A stretch of 64,000 nt of DNA. It comes from Mobula hypostoma. Taxonomy: Eukaryota. Under the pieces are notes generated by a model. That model saw only the letters and a list, made by a program, of their open reading frames with translations, ran no database searches and was not told the origin of the DNA. The stretch covers positions 124,001 to 188,000 of the forward strand of contig NW_026948111.1 of the NCBI RefSeq assembly GCF_963921235.1. The letters are read 5' to 3'. Positions 40,801 to 57,489 of this stretch are shown piece by piece. How positions within the stretch are numbered: the first letter of the stretch is position 1; each line of letters opens with the position of its first letter. The position numbers and the translations under genes are program-made.

Positions 40801-43800
40801 ACCCCACACTCACACACACACCACAATCCATCACCCCACACACCACAATCCATCACCGCACACTCACAATCCATCACCCCACACTCACACACACACCAAA
40901 ATCCATCACCCCACACTCACACACACACCACAATCCATCACCCCACACACCACAATCCATCACCCCACACTCACAATCCATCACCCCACACTCACACACA
41001 CACCACAATCCATCACCCCACACTCACACACACCACAATCCATCACCCCACACTCACACACACACCACAATCCATCACCCCACACTCACAATCCATCACC
41101 CCACACTCACACACACACCACAATCCATCACCCCACACTCACAATCCATCACCCCACACTCACACACACATCACAATCCATCACCCCACACTCACACACA
41201 CACCACAATCCATCACCCCACACTCACACACACGCCACAATCCATCACCCCACGCTCACACACACGCCACAATCCATCACCCCACACACCACAATCCATC
41301 ACCCCACACTCACACACACATCACAATCCATCACCCCACACTCACAATCCATCACCCCACACTCACATACACACCACAATCCATCACCCCACACTCACAA
41401 TCCATCACCCCACACTCACACACACACCACAATCCATCACCCCACACTCACACACACACCACAATCCATCACCCCACACTCACACACACACCACAATCCA
41501 TCACCCCACACACCACACACACACCACAATCCATCACACCACACTCACACACACCACAATCCATCACCCCACACTCACACACACACCACAATCCATCACC
41601 CCACACTCACACACACACCACAATCCATCACCCCACACTCACACACACACCACAATCCATCACCCCACACTCACACACACAACACAATCCATCACCCCAC
41701 ACTCACACACACACCACAATCCATCACCCCACACTCACACACACCACAATCCATCACCCCACACTCACACACACACCACAATCAATCACCCCACACTCAC
41801 ACACACCACAATCCATCACCCCACACTCACACACACACCACAATCCATCACCCCACACTCACACACACACCACAATCCATCACCCCACGCTCACACACAC
41901 CACAATTCATCACCCCACACTCACACACACACCACAATCCATCACCCCACACTCACATACACACCACAATCCATCACCCCACACTCACACACACACCACA
42001 ATCCATCACCCCACACTCACACACACACCACAATCCATCACCCCACACTCACAATCCATCACCCCACACTCACACACACCACAATCCATCACCCCACACT
42101 CACAATCCATCGCCCCACACTCACACACACACCACAATCCATCACCCCACACTCACAATCCATCACCCCACACTCACACACACACCACAATCCATCACCC
42201 CACACACCACAATCCATCACCACACACTCACACACACACCACAATCCATCACCCCATACTCACACACACACCACAATCCATCACCCCACACTCACAATCC
42301 ATAACCCCACACTCACACACACACCACAATCCATCACCCCACACACCACAATCCATCACCCCACACTCACACACACACCACAATCCATCACCCCACACAC
42401 CACACACACCACAATCCATCACCCCACACACCACAATCCATCACCCCACACACCACAATCCATCACCCCACACTCACACACACACCAAAATCCATCACCC
42501 CACACTCACACACACACCACAATCCATCACCCCACACACCACACACACCACAATCCATCACCCCACACACCACACACACCACAATCCATCACCCCACACT
42601 CACACACGACAATCCATCACCCCACACTCACACACACACCACAATCCATCACCCCACACTCACACACACACCACAATCCATCACCCCACACACCACAATC
42701 CATCACCCCACACTCACACACACACCACAATCCATCACCGCACAGACCACACACACCACAATCCATCACCCCACACTCACACACACACCACAATCCATCA
42801 CCCCACACTCACACACACACCACAATCCATCACCCCACACTCACACACACACACCACAATCCATCACCCCACACTCACACACACACCACAATCCATCACC
42901 CCACACACCACAATCCATCACCCCACACTCACACACACACAATCCATCACCCCACACTCACACACACCACAATCCATCACCCCACACTCACACACACACC
43001 ACAATCCATCACCCCACACTCACACACACACCACAATCCATCACCCCACACTCACACACACACCACAATGCATCACCCCACACTCACACACACCACAATC
43101 CATCACCCCACACTCACACACACCACAATCCATCACCCCACACTCACACACACACCACAATCCATCACCCCACACTCACACACACACCACAATCCATCAC
43201 CCCACACTCACACACACCACAATCCATCACCCCACACTCACACACACACCACAATCCATCACCCCACACTCACACACACACCACAATCCATCACCCCACA
43301 CTCACACACACACCACAATCCATCACCCCACACACCACACATACACCACAATCCATCACCCCACACTCACACCACAATCCATCACCCCACACTCACACCA
43401 CAATCCATCACCCCACACACACACCACACCACAATCCATCACCCCACACACACACACCACAATCCATCACCCCACACACACACCACAATCCATCATCCCA
43501 CACACAATCCATCACCCCACACTCACACACACACCACAATCCATCACCCCACACACCACAATCCATCACCCCACACTCACACCACAATCCGTCACCCCAC
43601 ACTCACACACACACCACAATCCATCACCCCACACTCACACACACACCACAATCCATCACCCCACAAACACCACAATCCATCACCCCACACTCACACCACA
43701 ATCCATCACCCCACACTCACACCACAATCCATCACCCCACACTCACACACACACACCACAATCCATCACCCCACACTCACACACACACCACAATCCATCA

Positions 43801-46800
43801 CCCCACACTCACACACACACCACCATCTATCACCCCACACTCACACACACACCACCATCCATCACCCCACACTCACAATCCATCACCCCACACTCACACA
43901 CACACCACAATCCATCACCCCACACTCACACACACCACAATCCATCACCCCACACTCACACACACCACAATCCATTACCCCACACTCACACACACACCAC
44001 AATCCATCACCCCACACTCACACACACACCACAATCCATCACGCCACACTCACACACACACCACAATCCATCACCCCACACACCACACACACCACAATCC
44101 ATCACCCCACACTCACACACACACCGCAATCCATCACCCCACACACCACAATCCATCACCCCACACTCACACACACACCGCAATCCATCACCCCACACTC
44201 ACACACACACCACAATCCATCACCCCACACTCACACACACACCACAATCCATCACCCCACACACCACACACACCACAATCCATCACGCCACACTCACACA
44301 CACACCGCAATCCATCACCCCACACACCACAATCCATCACCCCACACACACACACACACCGCAATCCATCACCCCACACTCACACACACACCACAATCCA
44401 TCACCCCACACACCACACACACCACAATCCATCACCCCACACTCACACACACACCACAATCCATCACCCCACACACCACAATCCATCACCCCACACTCAC
44501 ACACACACACCACAATCCATCACCCCACACTCACACACACACAATCCATCACCCCACACTCACACACACACACCACAATCCATCACCCCACCCTCACACA
44601 CACACCACAATCCATCACCCCACACTCACACACACAATTCATCACCCCACACTCAGACACACACCACAATCCATCACCCCACACTCACACACACACCACA
44701 ATCCATCACCCCACACTCACACACACCACAATCCATCACCCCACACTCACACACACACCACAATCCATCACCCCACACTCACACACACACCACAATCCAT
44801 CACCCCACACTCACACACACCACAATCCATCACCCCACACTCACACACACACCACAATCCTTCACCCCACACTCACACACACACCACAATCCATCAACCC
44901 ACACTCACACACACACCACAATCCATCACCCCACACTCACACACACACCACAATCCATCACCCCACACACCACACACACACCACAATCCATCACCCCACA
45001 CTCACACCACAATCCATCACCCCACACTCACACTCACACCACAATCCATCACCCCACACACCACACACACACCACAATCCATCACCCCACACACACACCA
45101 CAATCCATCACCCCACACACCACAATCCATCACCCCACACACACACCACACCACAATCCATCATCCCACACACCACAATCCATCACCCCACACACCACAA
45201 TCCATCACCCCACACTCACACACACACACCACAATCCATCACCCCACAGTCACACACACACACCACAATCCATCACCCCACACTCACACACACCACAATC
45301 CATCACCCCACACTCACACACACACCACAATCCATCACCCCACACACCCCACACACCACAATCCATCACCCCACACACACACCACACCACAATCCATCAT
45401 CCCACACACCACAGTCCATCACCCCACACTCACACATACACCACAATCCATCACCCCACACTCACACACACACCACAATCCATCACCCCACACACCACAA
45501 TCCATCACCCCACACTCACACACACCACAATCCATCACCCCACACTCACACACACACCACAATCCATCACCCCACACTCACACACACACCACAATCCATC
45601 ACCCCACACTCACACACACACCACAATCCATCACCCCACACACCACACACACCACAATCCATCACCCCACACTCACACCACAATCCATCACCCCACACTC
45701 ACACACACACCACAATCCATCACCCCACACACCACACACACACCACAATCCATCACCCCACACTCACACACACACCACAATCCATCACCCCACACTCACA
45801 CACACACCACAATCCATCACCCCACACTCACACACACACCACAATCCATTACCCCACATTCAAACACACACCACAATCCATCACCCCACACACCACACAC
45901 ACCACAATCCATCACCCCACACTCACACCACAATCCATCACCCCACACTCACACACACACCACAATCCATCACCCCACACACCACACACACACCACAATC
46001 CATCACCCCACACTCACACACACACCACAATCCATCACCCCACTCACACACACACCACAATCCATCACCCCACACTCACACACACACCACAATCCATCAC
46101 CCCACACACCACACACACACACCACAATCCATCACCTCACACTCACACACACACCACAATCCATCACCCCACACACACACTCACCACAATCCATCACCCC
46201 ACACTCACACACACACCACAATCCATCACCCCACACTCACACACACCACAATCCATCACCCCACACTCACACACACACCACAATCCATCACCCCACACTC
46301 ACACACACACCACAATCCATCACCCCACACTCACACACACACACCACAATCCATCACCCCACACTCAAACACACACCACAATCCATCACCCCACACTCAC
46401 ACACACACCACAATCCATCACCCCACACTCACACCACACACCACAATCCATCACCCCACACACCACACACACACCACAATCCATCACCCCACACTCACAC
46501 CACAATCCATCACCTCACACTCACACCAGAATCCATCACCCCACACTCACACACACACCACAATCCATCACCCCACACTCACACACCACACAATCCATCA
46601 CCCCACACTCACACACACACCACAATCCATCACTCCACACTCACACACACCACAATCCATCACACCACACTCACACACACACCACAATCCATCACCCCAC
46701 ACTCACACACACCACAATCCATCACCCCACACTCACACACACACCACAATCCATCACCCCACACACCACAATCCATCACCCCACACTCACACACACACCA

Positions 46801-49800
46801 CAATCCATCACCCCACACTCACACTCACACCGCAATCCATCACCCCACACTCACACACACACACACCACAATCCATCACCCCACACTCACACACACACCA
46901 CAATCCATCACCCCACACTCACACACACACCACAATCCATCACCCCACACACCACAATCCATCACCCCACACTCACACACACACCACAATCCATCACCCC
47001 ACACTCACACAAACACACCACAATCCATCACCCCACACTCACACACACACCGCAATCCATCACCCCACACTCACACACACACCGCAATCCATCACCCCAC
47101 ACACCACACACCACAATCCATCACCCCACACTCACACACACACCACAATCCATCACCCCACACTCACACACACACCACAATCCATCACCTCACACTCACA
47201 CACACACACCACAATCCATCACCTCACACTCACACACACACCATAATCCATCACCCCACACTCACACACACACCACAATCCATCACCCGACACACACACA
47301 CACACCACAATCCATCACCCCACACACACACCACAATCCATCACCCGACACACACACACACCACAATCCATCACCCCACACTCACACACACACCATAATC
47401 CATCACCCCACACTCACACACACACCACAATCCATCACCCCACACTCACACCACAATCCATCACCCCACACTCACACACACACCACAATCCATCACCCCA
47501 CACTCACACCACACCACAATCCATCACCCCACTCACACACACACCACAATCCATCACCCCACACACCACAATCCATCACCCCACACACCACAATCCATCA
47601 CCCCACACTCACACACACACCACAATCCATCACCCCACACTCACACACACACCACAATCCATCACCCCACACACCACAATCCATCACCCCACACTCACAC
47701 ACCACAATCCATCACCCCACACACCACAATCCATCACCCCACACTCACACCACACCACAATCCATCACCCCACACTCACATACACACCACAATCCATCAC
47801 CCCACACTCACACACACACCACAATCCATCACCCCACACTCACACACACACCACAATCCATCACTCCACACACACACACACACCACAATCCATCACCCCA
47901 CAGTCACACACACACCACAATCCATCACACCACACTCACACACACACCACAATCCATCACCCCACACTCACACACACCACAATCCATCACCCCACACTCA
48001 CACACACACACCACAATCCATCACTCCACACACACACACACACCACAATCCATCACCCCACAGTCACACACACACCACAATCCATCACACCACACTCACA
48101 CACACACCACAATCCATCACCCCACACTCACACACACACCACAATCCATCACACCACACTCACACACACACCACAATCCATCACCCCACACTCACACACA
48201 CCACAATCCATCACCCCACACTCACACACACACACCACAATCCATCACTCCACACACACACACACACCACAATCCATCACCCCACAGTCACACACACACC
48301 ACAATCCATCACACCACACTCACACACACACCACAATCCATCACCCCACACTCACAATCCATCACCCCACACACCACACACACCACAATCCATCACCCCA
48401 CACACCACACACACACCACAATCCATCACCCCACACTCACACACACACCACAATCCATCACCCCACACACCACAATCCATCACCCCACACTCACACACAC
48501 CACAATCCATCACCCCACACTCACACACACCACAATCCATCACCCCACACTCACACACACACCACAATCCATCACCCCACATTCACACACACACCACAAT
48601 CCATCACCCCACATTCACACACACACCACAATCCATCACCCCACACTCACACACACACCATAATCCATCACCCCACACTCACACACACACCACAATCCAT
48701 CACCCCACACTCACACCACAATCCATCACCCCACACTCACACACACACCACAATCCATCACCCCACACTCACACCACACCACAATCCATCACCCCACTCA
48801 CACACACACCACAATCCATCACCCCACACACCACAATCCATCACCCCACACTCACACACACACCACAATCCATCACCCCACACACCACAATCCATCACCC
48901 CACACACCACAATCCATCACCCCACACTCACACACCACAATCCATCACCCCACACACCACAATCCATCACCCCACACTCACACCACACCACAATCCATCA
49001 CCCCACACTCACATACACACCACAATCCATCACCCCACACTCACACACACACCACAATCCATCACCCCACACTCACACACACACCACAATCCATCACCCC
49101 ACACACCACAATCCATCACCCCACACACCACAATCCATCACCCCACACTCACATACACACCACAATCCATCACCCCACACTCACACACACACCACAATCC
49201 ATCACCCCACACACCACAATCCATCACCCCACACACCACAATCCATCACCCCACACTCACACACCACAATCCATCACCCCACACACCACAATCCATCACC
49301 CCACACTCACACCACACCACAATCCATCACCCCACACTCACATACACACCACAATCCATCACCCCACACTCACACACACACCACAATCCATCACCCCACA
49401 CACCACAATCCATTACCCCACACACCACAATCCATCACCCCACACTCACACCACAATCCATCACCCCACACACCACAATCCATCACCCCACACTCACACA
49501 CACACCACAATCCATCACCCCACACACCACAATCCATCACCCCACACACCACAATCCATCACCCCACACTCACACCACACCACAATCCATCACCCCACAC
49601 ACCACAATCCATCACCCCACACTCACACACACACCATAATCCATCACCCCACACTCACACACACACCACAATCCATCACCCCACACTCACATACACACCA
49701 CAATCCATCACCCCACACTCACACACACACCACAATCCATCACCCCACACACCACAATCCATCACCCCACACACCACAATCCATCACCCCACACTCACAC

Positions 49801-52800
49801 CACACCATAATCCATCACCCCACACTCACACACACACCACAATCCATCACCCCACACACACACATACCACAATCCATCACCCCACACTCACACACACTAC
49901 AATCCATCACCCCACACACCACAATCCATCACCCCACACACCACAATCCATCACCCCACACACACACACACACCACAATCCATCACCCCACACTCACACC
50001 ACACCACAATCCATCACCCACCCTCACACCACAATCCATCACCCCACACACCACACACACACTACAATCCATCACCCCACACTCACACACACACCACAAT
50101 CCATCACCCCACACACCACAATCCATCACCCCACACTCACACACACCACAATCCATCACCCCACACTCACACACACCACAATCCATCACCCCACACTCAC
50201 ACACACACCACAATCCATCACCCCACACTCACACACACACCACAATCCATCACCCCACACTCACACACACCACAATCCATCACCCCACATTCACACACAC
50301 ACCACAATCCATCACCCCACACTCACACACACACCACAATCCATCACCTCACACTCACACACACACCATAATCCATCACCCCACACTCACACACACACCA
50401 CAATCCATCACCCCACACACCACAATCCATCACCCCACACTCACACCACACCACAATCCATCACCCCACTCACACACACACCACAATCCATCACCCCACA
50501 CACCACAATCCATCACCCCACACACCACAATCCATCACCCCACACTCACACCACACCACAATCCATCACCCCACACTCACACACACACCACAATCCATCA
50601 CCCCACACTCACACACACACCACAATCCATCACCCCACACTCACACACACACCACAATCCATCACCCCACACTCACACACACACCACAATCCATCACCCC
50701 ACACTCACACACACAACACAATCCATCACCCCACACTCACACACACACCACAATCCATCACCCGACACACACACACACACCACAATCCATCACCCCACAC
50801 ACCACAATCCATCACCCCACACACCACAATCCATCACCCCACACTCACACCACACCACAATCCATCACCCCACACTCACATACACACCACAATCCATCAC
50901 CCCACACTCACACACACACCACAATCCATCACCCCACACACCACAATCCATCACCCCACACTCACACCACACCACAATCCATCACCCCACACTCACACAC
51001 ACACCACAATCCATCACCCCACACTCACACACACACACCACAATCCATCACCCCACACTCACACACACACACCACAATCCATCACCCCACACACACACAC
51101 ACCACAATCTATCACCCCACACTCACACACACACCACAATCCATCACCCCACACTCACACACACACCACAATCCATCACCCCACACTCACACACACACCA
51201 CAATCCATCACCCCACACTCACACACACCACAATCCATCACCCCACACTCACACACACACCACAATCCATCAACCCACACTCACACACACCACAATCCAT
51301 CACCCCACACTCACACCACACACCACAATCCATCACCCCACACTCACACCACACACCACAATCCATCACCCCATACTCACACACACACCACAATCCATCA
51401 CCCCACACTCACACACACACCACAATCCATCACCTCACACTCACACCACAATCCATCACCCCACACTCACACACACACACCACAATCCATCACCCCACAC
51501 TCACACACACACCACAATCCATCACCCCACACTCACACCACAATCCATCACCCCACACTCACACACACACACCACAATCCATCACCCCACACTCACACAC
51601 ACACACCACAATCCATCACCCCACACTCACACCACAATCCATCACCCCACACTCACACACACACCACAATCCATCACCCCACACTCACACACTCACACCA
51701 CAATCCATCACCCCACACTCACACACACACCACAATCCATCACCCCACACTCACACACACACACACCACAATCCATCACCCCACACTCACACACACACAC
51801 CACAATCCATCACCCCACACTCACACCACAATCCATCACCCCACACTCACACCACAATCCATCACCCCACACTCACACACACACCACAATCCATCACCCC
51901 ACACTCACACACACACCACAATCCATCACCCCACACTCACACACACACACCACAATCCATCACCCCACACTCACACACACACCACAATCCATCACCCCAC
52001 ACTCACACACACACCACAATCCATCACCCCACACTCACACACACACACCACAATCCATCACCCCACACTCACACACCACAATCCATCACCCCACACTCAC
52101 ACACACACCACAATCCATCACCCCACACTCACACATACACCACAATCCATCACCCCACACTCACACACCACAATCCATCACCCCACACTCACACACCACA
52201 CAATCCATCACCCCACACTCACACACACACCACAATCCATCACCCCACACTCACACACACACCACAATCCATCACCCCACACTCACACACCACACAATCC
52301 ATCACCCCACACTCACACACACACCACAATCCAACACCCCACACTCACACACACACCACAATCCATCACCCCACACTCACGCACCACACAATCCATCACC
52401 CCACACTCACACACACACCACAATCCATCACCCCACACTCACACACACACCACAATCCATCACCCCACACTCACACACACACCACAATCCATCACCCCAC
52501 ACTCACACACACCACAATCCATCACCCCACACTCACACCACACACCACAATCCATCACCCCACACTCACACACACACAATCCATCACCCCACACTCACAC
52601 ACACCACAATCCATCACCCCACACTCACACACACACAACAATCCATCACCCCACACTCACACCACAATCCATCACCCCACACTCACACACACACAATCCA
52701 TCACCCCACACTCACACACACCACAATCCATCACCCCACACTCACACACACACAACAATCCATCACCCCACACTCACACCACAATCCATCACCCCACACT

Positions 52801-53700
52801 CACACACACACCACAATCCATCACCCCACACTCACACACCACACAATCCATCACCCCACACTCACACACACACCACAATCCATCACCCGACACACACACA
52901 CACACCACAATCCATCACCCCACACTCACACACACACCACAATCCATCACCCCACACACACACACACACCACAATCCATCACCCCACACTCACACACACA
53001 CCACAATCCATCACACCACACTCACACACACACCACAATCCATCACCCCACACTCACACACACCACAATCCATCACCCCACACTCACACACACACCACAA
53101 TCCATCACCCCACACACAACAATCCATCACCCCACACTCACACACACACCACAATCCATCACCCCACACTCACACACACACAATCCATCACCCCACACTC
53201 ACACCGCAATCCATCACCTCACACTCACACAACAATCCATCACCCCACACTCACACCACAATCCATCACCCCACACTCACACCACAATCCATCACCCCAC
53301 ACTCACACACACACCACAGTCCATCACCCCACACTCACACACACACAATCCATCACCCCACACTCACACACACACCACAATCCATCTCCCCACACTCACA
53401 CACACCACAATCCATCTCCCCACACTCACACACACCACAATCCATCACCCCACACTCACACACACACCACAATCCATCACCCCACGCTGACACACACACC
53501 ACAATCCATCACCCCACACTCACACACACACCACAATCCAGCACCCCACACTCACACACACACAACAATCCATCACCCCACACTCACACCACAATCCATC
53601 ACCCCACACTCACACACACACCACAGTCCATCACCCCACACTCACACACACACCACAATCCATCACCCCACACTCACACCACACAATCCAACACCCCACA
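25875..53700. repeat. ~28-kb satellite: core CACAATCCATCACCCCACA plus variable CT/(CA)n linker (units ~21-34 bp)
   Basis: Uninterrupted array, almost no G on the + strand, no TE insertions seen. Confidence 0.98.
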
Positions 53701-54760
53701 CTCGCACACCGTACAATCACCACACACTTCCACACTGTACAATTAATCACACCAATCACAACTGCACAGTCACACCATACTCACACTGCACAATCAATCA
53801 CCCCACACTTGCACAATCAATCACCGCACATTCTCGCATGGCACAGTTATTAATACCACACTCGTACACTGTACAATCACCTCACTCACACAATCAATCA
53901 CAGCACATTCGTACACTGCATAATCAATCACACCACCTTCAGACTTGCACAATGCACAATCACCTACCACTCTCACACACTGCAAGATCACCCCACACTC
54001 GCACTGCACAATAACCCCACTCTCACACATCCACATCACACACGCACACTGCATGATCACACCACATTCGCACACTGCACAGTCACCCCACAACTCGATA
54101 CTGCATTAACAATCATTGCACAATCGCACCACACTCACACACAGCACAATCGCACTATACTAGCACAGAGCACAATCATACACATCACACTCACACACTA
54201 CAGAATCAAACCAGACATTCACTGCACAATCACCCCACTTGCACACTACACTGTCACACCACACTCACATACTGCACAATTCATCACACCACACTTGCAC
54301 AACGCACAATCTCCTACACTTACACACTGCACTATCAGCCCACACTTGCACACCTCACAATCACCCCACACTCAATCAATCACAGCACACTCACACTCTA
54401 CTCAATCACCCATGCTCACACACAGCACAATCAATCACATCACACTCGCACACTACACAATCACACCACACTCAACACTGCACAATCACAACAGATTCAC
54501 ACACTGCACAATCACACGATACTCGCACAGGACACAATCAAACACATCACATAACACACTACACAAACTAACCAGACTCTCACTGCACAATCACCCTGCT
54601 CTTGCACACTACACTCACATACTGCACAGTCCATCACCACACTCGCACACCGTACAATCAATCAGCCCAACTCACACACTGGACAATCACACCACACTCA
54701 TACACTGCAGAATTACCACTCACTTGCACACAGCAATCACCCCACTCTCACACACTACAT
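53701..54760. repeat. Degenerate CA-rich repeat related to the satellite (CACACTGCACAATCACCCCACACTC)
   Basis: Shares CACAATCAC and CCCCACACTC motifs but is highly diverged. Confidence 0.8.
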
Positions 54761-55070
54761 AAAATACTGTATTCCATCTGCCACTTTTTTGTCCATTCTC
54801 CCAATTTGTCCAAGTCCTCCAATCGAATTGCTTCCTCAGATCTACCTACCCCTCCACCTATCTTCATATCATCTACAAACTTTGCCACAAAGCCATCAAC
54901 TCCATTATCTAAATCACTGACAAACAATGTAGTAAGTATTAGCCCCAATACTGACCCCTGAGGAACAGCACTATAGTCATTGGCAGCCAACCAGAAATGG
55001 ACACTTTTATTCCCACTCGCTGCCTCCTACCTGTCAGCCAGTCCACTATCCATGCCAGTATCTTCCCTGC
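54761..55070 (-). mobile_element. CR1 RT fragment
   Basis: VPQGSVLG...AKFVDDMKIGG. Confidence 0.8.
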
Positions 55071-55089
55071 CTGAGGACAGACAGCGTCC

Positions 55090-55218
55090 ACAGAGGAAAA
55101 CGAATAGGCAGGGGTCACAGAGGGAAACGGACAGGCAGGGGTCACAGAGGGAAACGGACAGGTAGGGGTCACAGAGGGAAACGGACAGGCAGGGGTCACA
55201 GAGGGAAACGGACAGGTA
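55090..55218. repeat. 27-bp minisatellite (CAGAGGGAAACGGACAGGCAGGGGTCA), ~5 copies
   Basis: Period 27 (55091, 55118 and onward). Confidence 0.9.
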
Positions 55219-55362
55219 GCGTTCCATCAGGACAGACAGCAGGGCTCATTTACTGAGGCTGTATAGACAAAACTGAGTAATGAGAAAACTATGACCACAT
55301 TCACTGGTGTTTCAATATTGATCAGCCGATAGGGTTGTAACAGTAAGTGATGTTAAATTGCT

Positions 55363-55740
55363 AACAAGAGAGAATCTGCAGATGCTGGAAATCCAAGCAA
55401 CACACACAAAATGCTGAAGGATCTGAGCAGGACACGCAGCATCCATGGTGAAGAGTACAGTCGACCTTTTGGGCCGAGACCCTTCATCAGGACTGGGAAA
55501 TGATGAGGAGTGAGTGTAACAAAGTGGGGTAGGGGAGGAAGAACCACAAGGTGATAGGTGAAACCGGAAGGGGTGAAGTAAAGTGCTGGGAAGTTGATTG
55601 ATGAAAGAGATACAGGTCTGGAGAAAGGAGAGACAACAGAAGGCCATGGAAGAAAGAAAAGCGTAGATACCGGAGGGAGGTGATACGGTGAGAGTGGGAA
55701 ATGGGAATGGTGAAGGGGGGGGGGGTCATTACCAGAAGAG
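55363..55740 (-). mobile_element. Penelope-like element terminal fragment with hammerhead ribozyme remnant
   Basis: Homologous to 20857-21200; minus strand CAGTC-CTGATGA-AGGGTCTCGGCCC-AAAAGGTC-GACTG. Confidence 0.75.
55458..55495 (-). ncRNA. Minimal type I hammerhead ribozyme motif, probably inactive (GAAA box reads AAAA)
   Basis: Stem I CAGUC/GACUG, CUGAUGA box, stem II GGG/CCC and GUC cleavage triplet are all present. Confidence 0.6.
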
Positions 55741-55859
55741 CACATAAATGAAGACCGTTCATTTGGACTGCAATGAAAGAGGATGACCTCGTCAGTCTCT
55801 TCAAGGCATTCCTACCTTGTAGAAGTTTCCTGCTCCCTTGTGAGGTATTGATCCGTGAG

Positions 55860-56270
55860 AATTGACAAGGATGTTGCCAGGACTTCAGAACCTGAGTTAC
55901 AGGGAAAGAGTGAATATGTTAGAACTTTATTCCCTAGGAAGTAGAAGATTGAGTTGAGATTTGATAGAGATATACAAAATTATGAGAGGTATAGACAGGG
56001 TACATGCAAGCTGGGTTGGGTGGGATTACGAGAGGGCATGGGCTAAGGGTGAAAGGTATAATGTTTAAGGGAGTGGTGAAAGTGTGGAATGAGCTGCCCG
56101 CAGAAGTGGTTCGATTTCAACATTTAAGAAAAATTTGGACAGTTACACTGATGCAAGGGTTTGGACGGACTATGGACCCAGTGCAGGCTGATGGAACTGG
56201 GCACATTACTGGTTTGGCACAAACTAGGTGGGCCAAAGGGCCTGTTTCTGTGCTGTAGTGCACTATGACT
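55860..56270 (+). mobile_element. Degraded CR1 3' fragment
   Basis: TRGHGLRVKG, VWNELPAEVV and GGGCCAAAGGGCCTGTTTCTGTGCTGTAG. Confidence 0.75.
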
Positions 56271-57489
56271 GTAATCTACCTCATATCTCCACCCTTTGGG
56301 AAAACTATTCTAACCATCCGCCTTAACTATTCCCTCCATTTATTTAGTTACCTCGCTCTCCTGCATCCCAGAGAACACAAACACAGGCTCTAATCAAATG
56401 GCAAATTTCCCAAGGAATGGCAGGTGGCAGATGGACTCGGTCCCTGACCCACTACCATCAGGAAGGAGGTAGAAGAGCATCAGGACTATGACTGTCAGCC
56501 TGGGTAATATCATCTTCCCCCAGTCTGTGAGACTAATGAATACTCTGCCACCACCGAGATCTCGTCACCAGCAAAACAAGCTGTGTACAGAGTACTGTTA
56601 ACTTGTGCTGCACTCTACTACCTACGGTTTGAATTTGATTTTATTAACTTGTCTGCGGTAATATTTTGGTTTGTGTCATGTGGGATATATGTATTGTGGT
56701 GCACTGTGGCCCAGAGGAACTTTGTTTCGTTTGGTTGTATATATGCAGAATCAGATGGCAATGAACTTGAACTTCTAACACAAACCGAGGTTCTTTGAGA
56801 AGTCAAACCATCACGAGTGCAGAGTGGCAGAGCCCATAGGACTACTGTACAACACAGAGACCTGGGGTACAGTGCATTATTCCGTCAAGTTCACATGCTG
56901 TGTGCTGCCTGCAAGAAAGTTGTTTCATTTGGTTGTATTTATGTACAGTCAGATGAAAATAAACTTGAAATTGAACTTGGCCTTGTAGTCTAAACGGCAC
57001 GCTGGCCTTCATTAGCCAGGACACTGAGTAGAGGAGTTGGGAGCTTGTGAGGCCACACATGGAGTACTGTGTTCACTTCTGGTCACAACTTGGGAAGGAT
57101 TTGACAAAGCTAGAGGATACAAGACAGATTCTCTAGAATATGCACTTGAGTCAAGCAAAGAAGCAGGGTGTGTTTTCACTGCCGTGAAGGAGGCCCAAAT
57201 GTGACATGATATCGAGGCACATAAAATCATCAGAGGCAGACAGAGGGTAGGTAGCAGAGCTCGTTCCCGTTGTAGAGGTGCAACAGCATACAGGATCCAA
57301 TCTTTACAATGAGAGAAAGACAGGTCCTGATAAACCATACGACCAAAAGAAAGAGGAGAACAATTAGGCCATTTGGCCCATTGAGTCTGCTCCGTCATTT
57401 CATCATGGCTGATCCAATTTTCCTCTCAGCCCCAATCTCCTGCCTTCCCCTCCCTATCCTGATTGATCAGGGCATGAAGGGATCCATAT

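Noticed and set aside
43068..47246. 1392-aa His/Thr/Pro-rich ORF
   Set aside because: Same artefact; the ATG comes from a single point variant in one unit.
26080..50228. Cys-rich CVCECGVMDC ORFs resembling metallothionein or keratin-associated proteins
   Set aside because: Antisense translation of (TG)n-rich satellite units.
25875..53700. Telomeric or interstitial telomeric repeat
   Set aside because: No CCCTAA/TTAGGG arrays; the core is unrelated.
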